Assembly (NCBI GenBank): GCA_964383365.1 | Contig: CAYLHF010000003.1 | Location: forward strand, 64,251-128,250 | DNA length: 64,000 nt | Origin: an uncultured Rhodothermales bacterium | GTDB taxonomy: Bacteria; Bacteroidota; Rhodothermia; Rhodothermales; UBA10348 | Direction of reading: 5' to 3' | Shown: positions 55,399-64,000 of the stretch, piece after piece | Numbering within the stretch: the first letter of the stretch is position 1 | How the letters are laid out: every line of letters begins with the position of its first letter | Program-made: the position numbers and the translations under genes | The notes under the pieces: generated by a model | Told to the model about the DNA's origin: nothing | Databases searched by the model: none | The model's input: only the letters and a program-made list of their open reading frames with translations

Positions 55399-57264
55399 AT
55401 GCAGGGTAATGGCATGAAGGTCTCTCTGACAATATTCTTTCTGGTAATGTCGGGGTACTATCTCTTTCCATCTATGCAGCGATTCCTGATGAACCGGGAG
55501 TTGGATGCTCTCGATGACGAAGGTCGCGCACAGTACGAAGAGGATAATTTCAACAAACTGCGAGAGGCGAAAGAACGAGCATTGAAACTCGGACTAGACC
55601 TCCAGGGTGGAATGCACGTGACACTGGAGGTGGGCGTCGAATCGCTGATTAGAGAGCTCGCTACGGATACAGACGCCACGTTTGATACCGTCCTCACGTC
55701 CGCGATCCAACAGGCTAGATCAGGAAATATATCCGTAATCAATGCATTCGTCCAGGGTTTTGCATCACGTGATTCAAATATTCGATTGTCCCGGTATTTC
55801 AGAAATGAAACGGCAGGCATTACGCGTCGCTCCAGCAATTCAGACGTTTCAAACTACCTGCAGACGGAGGCGAACGAGGCTGTTTCGAGGGCGATTGAAA
55901 TCATTCGTGACCGTGTTGACAGATACGGTGTAACGGAGCCGTCGATACAGAAGCAGGGGAGTAGGCGAATCGTAGTCGAGCTACCGGGAATCGACGACCC
56001 GGACCGGATCAGGGGACTTCTCAAGGGAACGGCCAAGCTGGAGTTTCATCTGATGGCCGAGCCTGCGGAGCTTACACGAGGTCTGCAGCGCGTTATACAG
56101 CATTTCGAAGTCACTCCGGATACCTCGTCGGAGGCCGTCGCAGATGGTGCCGAGCCTGATTCGACATTCGACGTGAATGACCTCCTTGATCAGGGTGAGC
56201 AGACGAGTAGCAATACGTTGCTCGACGTCATGCAGCCGATAGGACAGGTAGTAACGTTCGGCCGCGTGGCAGAGCGGGATACCGCGGCCGTTAATGGATT
56301 ACTTTCGGACCCATTGGTTCAGGGCCTGCTCCCACAGAATGTGAGTCTGATGTATACGGCTTCGCCGGTTGGATCGTCGGAAGACGGACAGGAGGTATAC
56401 GATCTTCTGGGCGTTCGTAGGGAAATAGAACTGAGTGGCGAGACCATAACCGATGCGAGAGTCGATTTTGATCAATTCACAAATCAGCCGGAAGTGACGA
56501 TGGTCATGAATTCGGAGGGTGCACGGACATGGGCCAGACTGACGGGAGCAAATGTTAACAAGAATGTTGCGATCGTGCTGGACAACGTGGTGTATTCCTA
56601 TCCGACTGTTCAGTCGCGAATCACCGGTGGTCGTTCCAGTATCAACGGCCTCGATTCGAGAGATGAGGCTACCGATATCGTCACCGTGCTCAAATCGGGA
56701 GCACTTCCTGCACCGGTTGTAATTGCTGAAGAGCGCACGGTGGGTCCGAGTCTGGGACAGGCGTCGATCAATTCGGGTCTGAATTCAGTCATGTTGGGCC
56801 TGTTTCTCGTGGCCGTTTTCATGATGTTTTACTATCGAAGTGGCGGATTTGTCGCCGACCTCGCCCTGTTTCTCAATCTGTTTTTCATTCTGGGAATTCT
56901 GGCGGCATTCAAGGCCACGTTGACGCTTCCGGGAATTGCCGGAATCGTTCTCACGATCGGTATGGCGGTCGATGCGAACGTGCTCATCTTCGAACGTATT
57001 CGAGAAGAACAGTCGACTGGAAAGACGTTGAAGGCTGGTATTGATGGCGGATACGCCAAGGCGCTGAGTGCCATCTTTGATGCCAATATTACGACGTTTT
57101 TTGTCGGTGTCATCTTGTATTCATTCGGGGTCGGGCCAATCCAGGGATTTGCCGTAACACTCATGGCAGGAATTCTTTCTTCCATGTTTACCGCGATCGT
57201 ATTTACACGAATTCTATTTGATTACGTCGTGCTGGAGCGGAAGCACACCGTCAGTTACGGCTGA
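55399..57264 (+). CDS. secD: protein translocase subunit SecD
   Basis: LGLDLQGGMHVTLEV, a large periplasmic domain, and a C-terminal 6-TM SecD/F domain (GIAGIVLTIGMAVDANVLIFERIREE). Confidence 0.95.
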   Translation: MQGNGMKVSLTIFFLVMSGYYLFPSMQRFLMNRELDALDDEGRAQYEEDNFNKLREAKERALKLGLDLQGGMHVTLEVGVESLIRELATDTDATFDTVLTSAIQQARSGNISVINAFVQGFASRDSNIRLSRYFRNETAGITRRSSNSDVSNYLQTEANEAVSRAIEIIRDRVDRYGVTEPSIQKQGSRRIVVELPGIDDPDRIRGLLKGTAKLEFHLMAEPAELTRGLQRVIQHFEVTPDTSSEAVADGAEPDSTFDVNDLLDQGEQTSSNTLLDVMQPIGQVVTFGRVAERDTAAVNGLLSDPLVQGLLPQNVSLMYTASPVGSSEDGQEVYDLLGVRREIELSGETITDARVDFDQFTNQPEVTMVMNSEGARTWARLTGANVNKNVAIVLDNVVYSYPTVQSRITGGRSSINGLDSRDEATDIVTVLKSGALPAPVVIAEERTVGPSLGQASINSGLNSVMLGLFLVAVFMMFYYRSGGFVADLALFLNLFFILGILAAFKATLTLPGIAGIVLTIGMAVDANVLIFERIREEQSTGKTLKAGIDGGYAKALSAIFDANITTFFVGVILYSFGVGPIQGFAVTLMAGILSSMFTAIVFTRILFDYVVLERKHTVSYG

Positions 57265-57334
57265 GTCGGCCATCTCGACAAGAACAATCAATAGTTATTC
57301 AGGCCCATCACGGGCATAATCATAGCAGAATGTC

Positions 57335-58246
57335 ATGCGTATTTTTGAAAATGCAGGTTATAGATTCATTCAGAGTCGTAAGCGGGCATATATTTTTTCG
57401 GGTATCCTGGTCTTAGCCAGTCTGGTATCCATCGCGATTCATGGTCTTGAACTGGGAATCGATTTCAAGGGAGGGATGGAATTTGTAATCCAGAGCGATA
57501 ATCCTCTGGTACCGACTCAGGTTCGAAGTGCACTTTCCGGAGTTCTCGATACTGATCCCGAGGTAAAGACCTATGGTCAGAATCAACTTCTGATTCGAAC
57601 ACTCACCGGAGACGCCGATATATCCCAGGTTGAAGCACAAATTCTGACAGGTATTCGGACCGCGTTTCCGGACTCGAATCCGGAAGTAGAGAAGACGGAT
57701 ATCGTGGGTCCGCGATTTGCGGAAGACCTGAAAGAAGGAGCCATATTTTCGGTTCTTGGATCACTCCTGGTCATCTTTGTCTATATCCTGCTTCGGTTCG
57801 AGTGGCGGTTCGGGGTAGGTGCTGTGGTCGCACTTTTTCACGATGTCACCATCACGCTGGGTATGTTTGCGCTGCTACACGGATGGTTGCCGTTTTCATT
57901 GCAGATCGACCAGACGATCATAGCAGCATTCCTGACAATCGTCGGGTATTCGCTCAATGATACGGTTGTTGTTTTTGACCGAATACGGGAGTATTCCGGT
58001 ATTTTCAAAGCGGAATCATATAGCGATGTCGTGAATCGTTCGATCAATAATACCCTGAGTAGAACCCTGATCACATCGGGTACGACCTTGCTCGTAGTAG
58101 TCGTCCTATTTATATTTGGCGGCGAAGTACTCCGAGGTTTTGCCTTTGCTCTGATCATCGGTATTCTCATCGGAACGTATTCAAGCATTTTCGTAGCTTC
58201 TCCAGTCGTAATAGAGCTGAAGGCGCGCGCGAGTACAAAACGATGA
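57335..58246 (+). CDS. secF: protein translocase subunit SecF
   Basis: LGIDFKGGMEF and the SecD/F TM domain (GYSLNDTVVVFDRIRE). Confidence 0.95.
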   Translation: MRIFENAGYRFIQSRKRAYIFSGILVLASLVSIAIHGLELGIDFKGGMEFVIQSDNPLVPTQVRSALSGVLDTDPEVKTYGQNQLLIRTLTGDADISQVEAQILTGIRTAFPDSNPEVEKTDIVGPRFAEDLKEGAIFSVLGSLLVIFVYILLRFEWRFGVGAVVALFHDVTITLGMFALLHGWLPFSLQIDQTIIAAFLTIVGYSLNDTVVVFDRIREYSGIFKAESYSDVVNRSINNTLSRTLITSGTTLLVVVVLFIFGGEVLRGFAFALIIGILIGTYSSIFVASPVVIELKARASTKR

Positions 58247-58303
58247 TTCGACGTCAGATCAGCTTCGAGCGCCGTATCTCACAGTCCATATAGAGGAAGA
58301 TTA

Positions 58304-58645
58304 ATGAACTACAACGTTGACGAACGTTACAATTGCGTCGTGATCACATTGAAGGGAAACGTCATGGGAGGGCCGGACGGATCTAAACTGCACGACTCCC
58401 TGCATGAACTCAAGGAACAGGGGAAAGCCAACGTTGTCGTTGACCTTTCAAAGGTCAAGTTCATGAATTCGAGCGGACTCGGGATGTTGATCAGTGCGAT
58501 GACGACAATGCGTAATGCCGGGGGAGATCTTCGACTGGCTAAAGTTGCCGATCGTATCCAGTCTCTTCTGGTAATCACGAAGCTGATCACGGTATTCAAG
58601 CACTACGAATCTGTCGATGAAGCAGCCGCCAGTTTCGAGGCGTAG
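58304..58645 (+). CDS. STAS domain anti-sigma-factor antagonist
   Basis: 113 aa. The SpoIIAA-like motif VVDLSKVKFMNSSGLGMLI includes the phosphorylatable Ser. Confidence 0.85.
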   Translation: MNYNVDERYNCVVITLKGNVMGGPDGSKLHDSLHELKEQGKANVVVDLSKVKFMNSSGLGMLISAMTTMRNAGGDLRLAKVADRIQSLLVITKLITVFKHYESVDEAAASFEA

Positions 58646-58681
58646 GAGCTGACACAGTCGAGCGTTCTTTGTGACGTTTTT

Positions 58682-60030
<1,349 letters not shown>

Positions 60031-60090
60031 GACCGCGATTAGCCTTACATTGACGGTACAAGACTCTCTGTATTCACTCTACCGTTCTAC

Positions 60091-61497
60091 ATGAAGGCTT
60101 ATCGAACGACTGTCAATCTGAAACTCGGATTGATTCTGTTTGCCGTAGCGATCGCAGTTTCGTCCCTATGGTACACCAAGGACCTGCTGACGAAACTGCG
60201 ACAACGTGAAACATCGATCGTTCAACTCTGGGCGAAGGCGCTCGAACAGGTCCCAAAGGCCGCTCAAGAAGGCGGACGCAATCCGTTTCAGGATCAGTTC
60301 CGGGAGCTCGATGACCTGGTCTTGCAGGGACAAGTGGGAAATCGGAACGGAAGTGGGATATCCGTAGAACAGGCCGATCAGTTCCGCCGGGCAATCGCGT
60401 GGGCACAGAGTATGCCGCCTACCTCGGATCTGACGTTCATTCTGGATGCTTTTCTGGAACCGAACGCGTTTGATATTCCAGCAATTCTCGTCTATTCGGC
60501 AAACGAACAACCGGCGATCTGGAGAAATGTACCCGTCGGTTCCGAGACGTTTTTCGGGTTGTCCGAACGCGAGCAGGCAGATCTTACCGAGAAGCTCAAC
60601 GAGTGGCGCGTAAGAATGGACGCCGTTCATGATCCCATTCCAATCGACGTATCGTTCGCCACCGAACCCGGGCAGCCACCCCTGGGTCTGTCGCAGCAGT
60701 TGCACTATGGAGAATCATCTATCGTTCAGGCACTTCAGTGGTATCCGTACGTGCAACTGATCTTTGTGAGCCTGTTTGTAATGGTGGGATATTTTGGTTT
60801 CTCCTATGTTCGTCGAAGTGAACAGAGTAACCTGTGGGTCGGGATGGCCAAGGAGGCGGCCCATCAGCTCGGAACGCCCATTTCATCGCTGATGGGGTGG
60901 ACCGAAGTACTCCGAGCTCAGGATAACGTGTCCAGTCAACAGCTACAGGCGTATGATGAAATCGAGCGAGACACGGAACGACTCAGTCGGGTAGCGGGAC
61001 GTTTCTCCGACATAGGATCTCTCCCGAAACTGGAAAACCAGCCGGTCGCCCCGGTACTCGACGGGATTACTGAGTATATCCGGAGTCGTCTTCCTCAGAG
61101 CGGGAAAATCATCAAGTTAAAGACACAGTTTGGCGATGATATGAACGCGCCGGTCAACGCAGATCTGTTCGAGTGGGTGATCGAAAATTTGCTCAAGAAC
61201 GCTGTCGATGCTATTGAGGCAGACCGGGGAAGTATCGACGTATCGGCAAACGCAGAAGGAAACATGATTCGCATCGACGTCACGGATTCAGGGAAAGGCA
61301 TCGATCGCAGAAACTGGAAGAATGTATTCCGGCCAGGCTACAGCACGAAAAGACGGGGCTGGGGTCTTGGACTCAGTCTGGCGAAGCGGATAGTAGAAGA
61401 CTACCATGGTGGAACGATTCAACTGCTCCAGTCTCGACCCGATCAGGGATCTACGTTTCGTGTCGAAATACCGGCGTCTCCGAACGAGCAGGACTGA
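60091..61497 (+). CDS. membrane sensor histidine kinase (two TM helices, periplasmic sensor domain)
   Basis: TM1 LGLILFAVAIAVSSLWY, a periplasmic loop of about 200 aa, TM2 YVQLIFVSLFVMVGYFGF, H-box AHQLGTPISSLMGWTEVL, and HATPase motifs LLKNAVDA, DSGKGI and GWGLGLSL. Confidence 0.85.
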   Translation: MKAYRTTVNLKLGLILFAVAIAVSSLWYTKDLLTKLRQRETSIVQLWAKALEQVPKAAQEGGRNPFQDQFRELDDLVLQGQVGNRNGSGISVEQADQFRRAIAWAQSMPPTSDLTFILDAFLEPNAFDIPAILVYSANEQPAIWRNVPVGSETFFGLSEREQADLTEKLNEWRVRMDAVHDPIPIDVSFATEPGQPPLGLSQQLHYGESSIVQALQWYPYVQLIFVSLFVMVGYFGFSYVRRSEQSNLWVGMAKEAAHQLGTPISSLMGWTEVLRAQDNVSSQQLQAYDEIERDTERLSRVAGRFSDIGSLPKLENQPVAPVLDGITEYIRSRLPQSGKIIKLKTQFGDDMNAPVNADLFEWVIENLLKNAVDAIEADRGSIDVSANAEGNMIRIDVTDSGKGIDRRNWKNVFRPGYSTKRRGWGLGLSLAKRIVEDYHGGTIQLLQSRPDQGSTFRVEIPASPNEQD

Positions 61498-61524
61498 CCC
61501 GCCGCCTGTACAGACGGTCTTTGA

Positions 61525-62685
61525 TTATCCCTGTCCGGTCATTCTTCGTCTGGCAAACTGAGCAGGTTCTTCCGGGGGAACGGCTATGAATATGTCGTCG
61601 GCAACGCGCCAGATGACGGCATTTCCCGTGGCAGAGATCTGAATATCGACAGCCTCAGAATTTTCAATTTGCAATAGCGTACCGGCAGGCAGGGAAAGCT
61701 GCGTATCCAGAGACAACACGATATCGTACGAGAGGGCGAAAACGGGTGTGAGAGAATCGCTGGCGTCCGACTGAAAAATCAATACAGGGACTCTTATGGA
61801 ATCGCGAAAAGTCTTCTTTCCGACCCCTTCGAGTACCAGTCCAGTCAGTGTCGGAATTCGGACCCTTCGCGAAAAACTATCCCGAATATATCTTTCCGCC
61901 TGTGCCGAATCGCGCGTATGAAGGTCCGGCATAATATCGGTTGCCGACCGGGAAATTTCTTCGATGATACCCTTTTTAACGTCTTGAACCCGTCGACTCC
62001 GACTCTGTTGGTTGATCGTATAGCCCAGAAAACCTGTAGCAATAATCAGAATGAGGTAAATAACGGCCCGTCTATACGTGCCTGGAGACGTCCGCTTCGT
62101 TTTGGCAGCGGATGGATGAGCCGCCGGAGTTGAATCGACGGTTACTAACGATCTTCGTGCCTTGGATTCGAGTACCGATCGGAGGGACGGGGGGACAGTC
62201 CCGAAATTACTTTCCCAGAATTTATTCAGCTCTTTTCTAATTACGGCGTTCGTGAGAAACCGTCCATACAGTTGCAATTCCGTCGGGGAACAGCTTCTCG
62301 TTAGATGGTCGCGAAGGGTATCAACCGGACCAGGCAAGTCGATCAGACCTGTGTTCCCTGCCCATATACTCAGGCGATTCGCCGGTGTGAGTCCAAAAAA
62401 GTACGCTTCGATCTTCTGTTGTAGAACCCGGGAGACCTGAATCTCGGGGAGGGGCAGGTGGGGCTCTTCCTTAAGAACCGTGCGGTCCAGAGGCCCGGTT
62501 GGATTTACCTCGGCTAATGACACGAGCTTCTCTATTTGCTCCGAGATTCCCGCTGGCACGGTGCCGGTGAGCGTTTTCTCGACGAGATCTGCTGCCTCGG
62601 TTTGTGTATCACAAAAAAACTGGGCAATCAGATACAGTCGATCTATCTGAAGACGGTCTGACAAATCCTTTCGGTTCTCACTCAT
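61525..62685 (-). CDS. hypothetical single-pass membrane protein (cytoplasmic N-domain, TM, periplasmic C-domain; anti-sigma-like topology)
   Basis: 386 aa with one central TM helix, AVIYLILIIATGFLGYTI, preceded by basic residues. The N-terminal region weakly resembles sigma-70 regions 2 and 4. Confidence 0.45.
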   Translation of the reverse strand: MSENRKDLSDRLQIDRLYLIAQFFCDTQTEAADLVEKTLTGTVPAGISEQIEKLVSLAEVNPTGPLDRTVLKEEPHLPLPEIQVSRVLQQKIEAYFFGLTPANRLSIWAGNTGLIDLPGPVDTLRDHLTRSCSPTELQLYGRFLTNAVIRKELNKFWESNFGTVPPSLRSVLESKARRSLVTVDSTPAAHPSAAKTKRTSPGTYRRAVIYLILIIATGFLGYTINQQSRSRRVQDVKKGIIEEISRSATDIMPDLHTRDSAQAERYIRDSFSRRVRIPTLTGLVLEGVGKKTFRDSIRVPVLIFQSDASDSLTPVFALSYDIVLSLDTQLSLPAGTLLQIENSEAVDIQISATGNAVIWRVADDIFIAVPPEEPAQFARRRMTGQG

Positions 62686-62692
62686 TCCAGTA

Positions 62693-63517
62693 TCAGGAGT
62701 TGATGGATCTTTCTTCCGTCAGTTCGGAAAAGACAATATTCAGGGACGTTCCTTTCTGTATGTCCAGCATACTCGAAGCATTTCCACGATTAAGTGCTAC
62801 TTCAAGATAACCTCCACTGTTGAACAGAATCAGTTCTTCACCCGGGGCAACCTCGGCGTATGTGTTGCATTTTTTATCCACGATAGAATTACCGACATAG
62901 CATTTGAAGGGTCGGCCGTTCCACCACCGATCAAATTCCACTTCTGTAATATTGGATACGCAGTTTCCAAAGCTGTCCACATGCAATATCCACCCCTGAA
63001 GGCCCTGTCGATCTGCGATGGGTAGTGCCCAATGCATGGCCCGCATCTCTGCTGTTCGGGTTCCAAGCGTCGACAGCTCTACGCCTGCGGCCAGATGACC
63101 GGCTACTGCAGCAAATATATCTCTTCCGTGAAACGTGGGACTCGGATTCGGAGATCTCCAGTACTGCGGTAGGTCGAGTTGAATGAGTTCCTCCGGATTC
63201 GCGCCATTCAGTAATAACGAAAAGAGTCCGCTATCCGGTCCGACGAACAGGTGACCCTTGTGGCGAAAGGCAATGGAATGTCGTTGGGTTCCTACCTCTG
63301 GATCGACGACTGCGAGATGAATGCTTCCTGCCGGAAAGAAGGGAATCGCCTGCTGGAGAACGTAGGCGGCCTCCATAACATCCTGCCCTGATATTCCATG
63401 AGAAATGTCGACGATACGAACCGCCGGAGCGATCGAGAGAATGACTCCTTTAAGGGCGGCTACATACCCGTCCAACGTACCAAAATCCGTTGTTATGGTT
63501 ATTATTCCGGAGTTCAC
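62693..63517 (-). CDS. SAM hydrolase / SAM-dependent halogenase family protein (S-adenosyl-L-methionine hydroxide adenosyltransferase, DUF62)
   Basis: The N-terminal IITITTDFGTLDGYVAALKGVI is characteristic of the family. 274 aa. Confidence 0.85.
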   Translation of the reverse strand: MNSGIITITTDFGTLDGYVAALKGVILSIAPAVRIVDISHGISGQDVMEAAYVLQQAIPFFPAGSIHLAVVDPEVGTQRHSIAFRHKGHLFVGPDSGLFSLLLNGANPEELIQLDLPQYWRSPNPSPTFHGRDIFAAVAGHLAAGVELSTLGTRTAEMRAMHWALPIADRQGLQGWILHVDSFGNCVSNITEVEFDRWWNGRPFKCYVGNSIVDKKCNTYAEVAPGEELILFNSGGYLEVALNRGNASSMLDIQKGTSLNIVFSELTEERSINS

Positions 63518-63741
63518 GTGAGGTTCTGATGGCGATGAATAATGATATTTCCGCCGGAGCGCTGCGTACTACTGAAAACATTACCGCTACACAAATTACC
63601 AAATCTTATCTCGACTGACCGAAGGAGAGATCAGCGAATCAAGACAAAACAATGAATAAGGAGTTATATCTCCAGGGAAAGGGTGTCCAGGGAGTGTTTC
63701 TAAAGGAACTCAATTAATCCGGTGCTTTCCGGTCTGGATCC

Positions 63742-64000
63742 ATGGCTTCACCCAGACAAAAAACGGGCCGACGTGGTGAGGATCTGGCTGCAGACTTTCT
63801 TCGAGCGAGAGGATATCAGATTCTAGCCAGAAACTATCGATTCTGCCGGAGTGAATTAGACCTGGTATGCTATCTACACGCAGTCGAGGAGACCGGGATG
63901 GGGGAACTGGTAATTGTTGAAGTGAAGGCGCGGAATACACGATCCTACGGCTTCCCGGAAGAGGCCGTAAATCGACAGAAGCAGCGAAATCTGATTCGGG
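63742..64000 (+). CDS. YraN family (UPF0102) endonuclease-like protein, C-terminally truncated by window end
   Basis: My own translation from ATG 63742 gives MASPRQKTGRRGEDLAADFLRARGYQILARNYRFCRSELDLVCY...ELVIVEVKARNTRSYGFPEEAVNRQKQRNLIR. This matches the YraN pattern (G..GE..A..yL...Gy.il.rN.r....E.DLv......lv.VEVK.R). It is open to position 64000. Confidence 0.75.
   Translation, partial: MASPRQKTGRRGEDLAADFLRARGYQILARNYRFCRSELDLVCYLHAVEETGMGELVIVEVKARNTRSYGFPEEAVNRQKQRNLIR

Noticed and set aside
63671-63693. The direct repeat TCCAGGGA (63671-63678 and 63686-63693) and a 21-codon ORF (MNKELYLQGKGVQGVFLKELN) upstream of the YraN-like gene.
   Set aside because: A duplicated 8-mer in a 224-nt gap is weak evidence. 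The mini-ORF has no recognisable signal or conservation that I can assess.

Overview
This is a compact chromosomal segment, about 93% coding with my start calls. It probably comes from an FCB-superphylum bacterium (Bacteroidota/Rhodothermota/Balneolota-like). That placement is inferred from a PorV/PorQ-family barrel, a GWxTD protein, a CarboxypepD_reg-type TonB-dependent receptor, a fused E1 alpha/beta protein and an LDH-like MDH. I call 53 protein-coding genes, two of them cut by the window edges, and one strong intrinsic terminator. I found no rRNA, tRNA, CRISPR array, transposase, integrase or phage genes, so this looks like core genome rather than an accessory island. Housekeeping genes (mdh, glgA, rsmB, gatB, tpiA, rlmN, ctaA/ctaB, secD/secF, purA) are interleaved with many cell-envelope genes. 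The best candidates for undescribed biology are: (1) a translationally coupled minus-strand operon at 36051->30322 encoding three outer-membrane barrels (Wzi-like, a small barrel, and a plug-bearing TonB-dependent-receptor-like barrel) and ending in an RsmF-type RNA methyltransferase. It is divergent from a WbaP-type initiating sugar transferase and sits next to a PorV-like/GtrB-ArnC-like/TonB-like/LpxO-like cluster. (2) A ctaA-ctaB-ABC-2 exporter operon with overlapping start and stop codons. (3) An M14 peptidase-SpmB-SpmA-GH18 neighbourhood that mirrors Bacillus spore-cortex maturation genes. (4) Several unusual domain architectures: a methylmalonyl-CoA epimerase with an unknown 150-aa tail, a lipoprotein-signal SAM methyltransferase, a DnaQ+GIY-YIG fusion, a cysteine-less TlpA-like protein, and a sigma-like domain fused to a TM and periplasmic domain. 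All functional calls rest on motifs I recognised by eye in the supplied translations. No database search was run.
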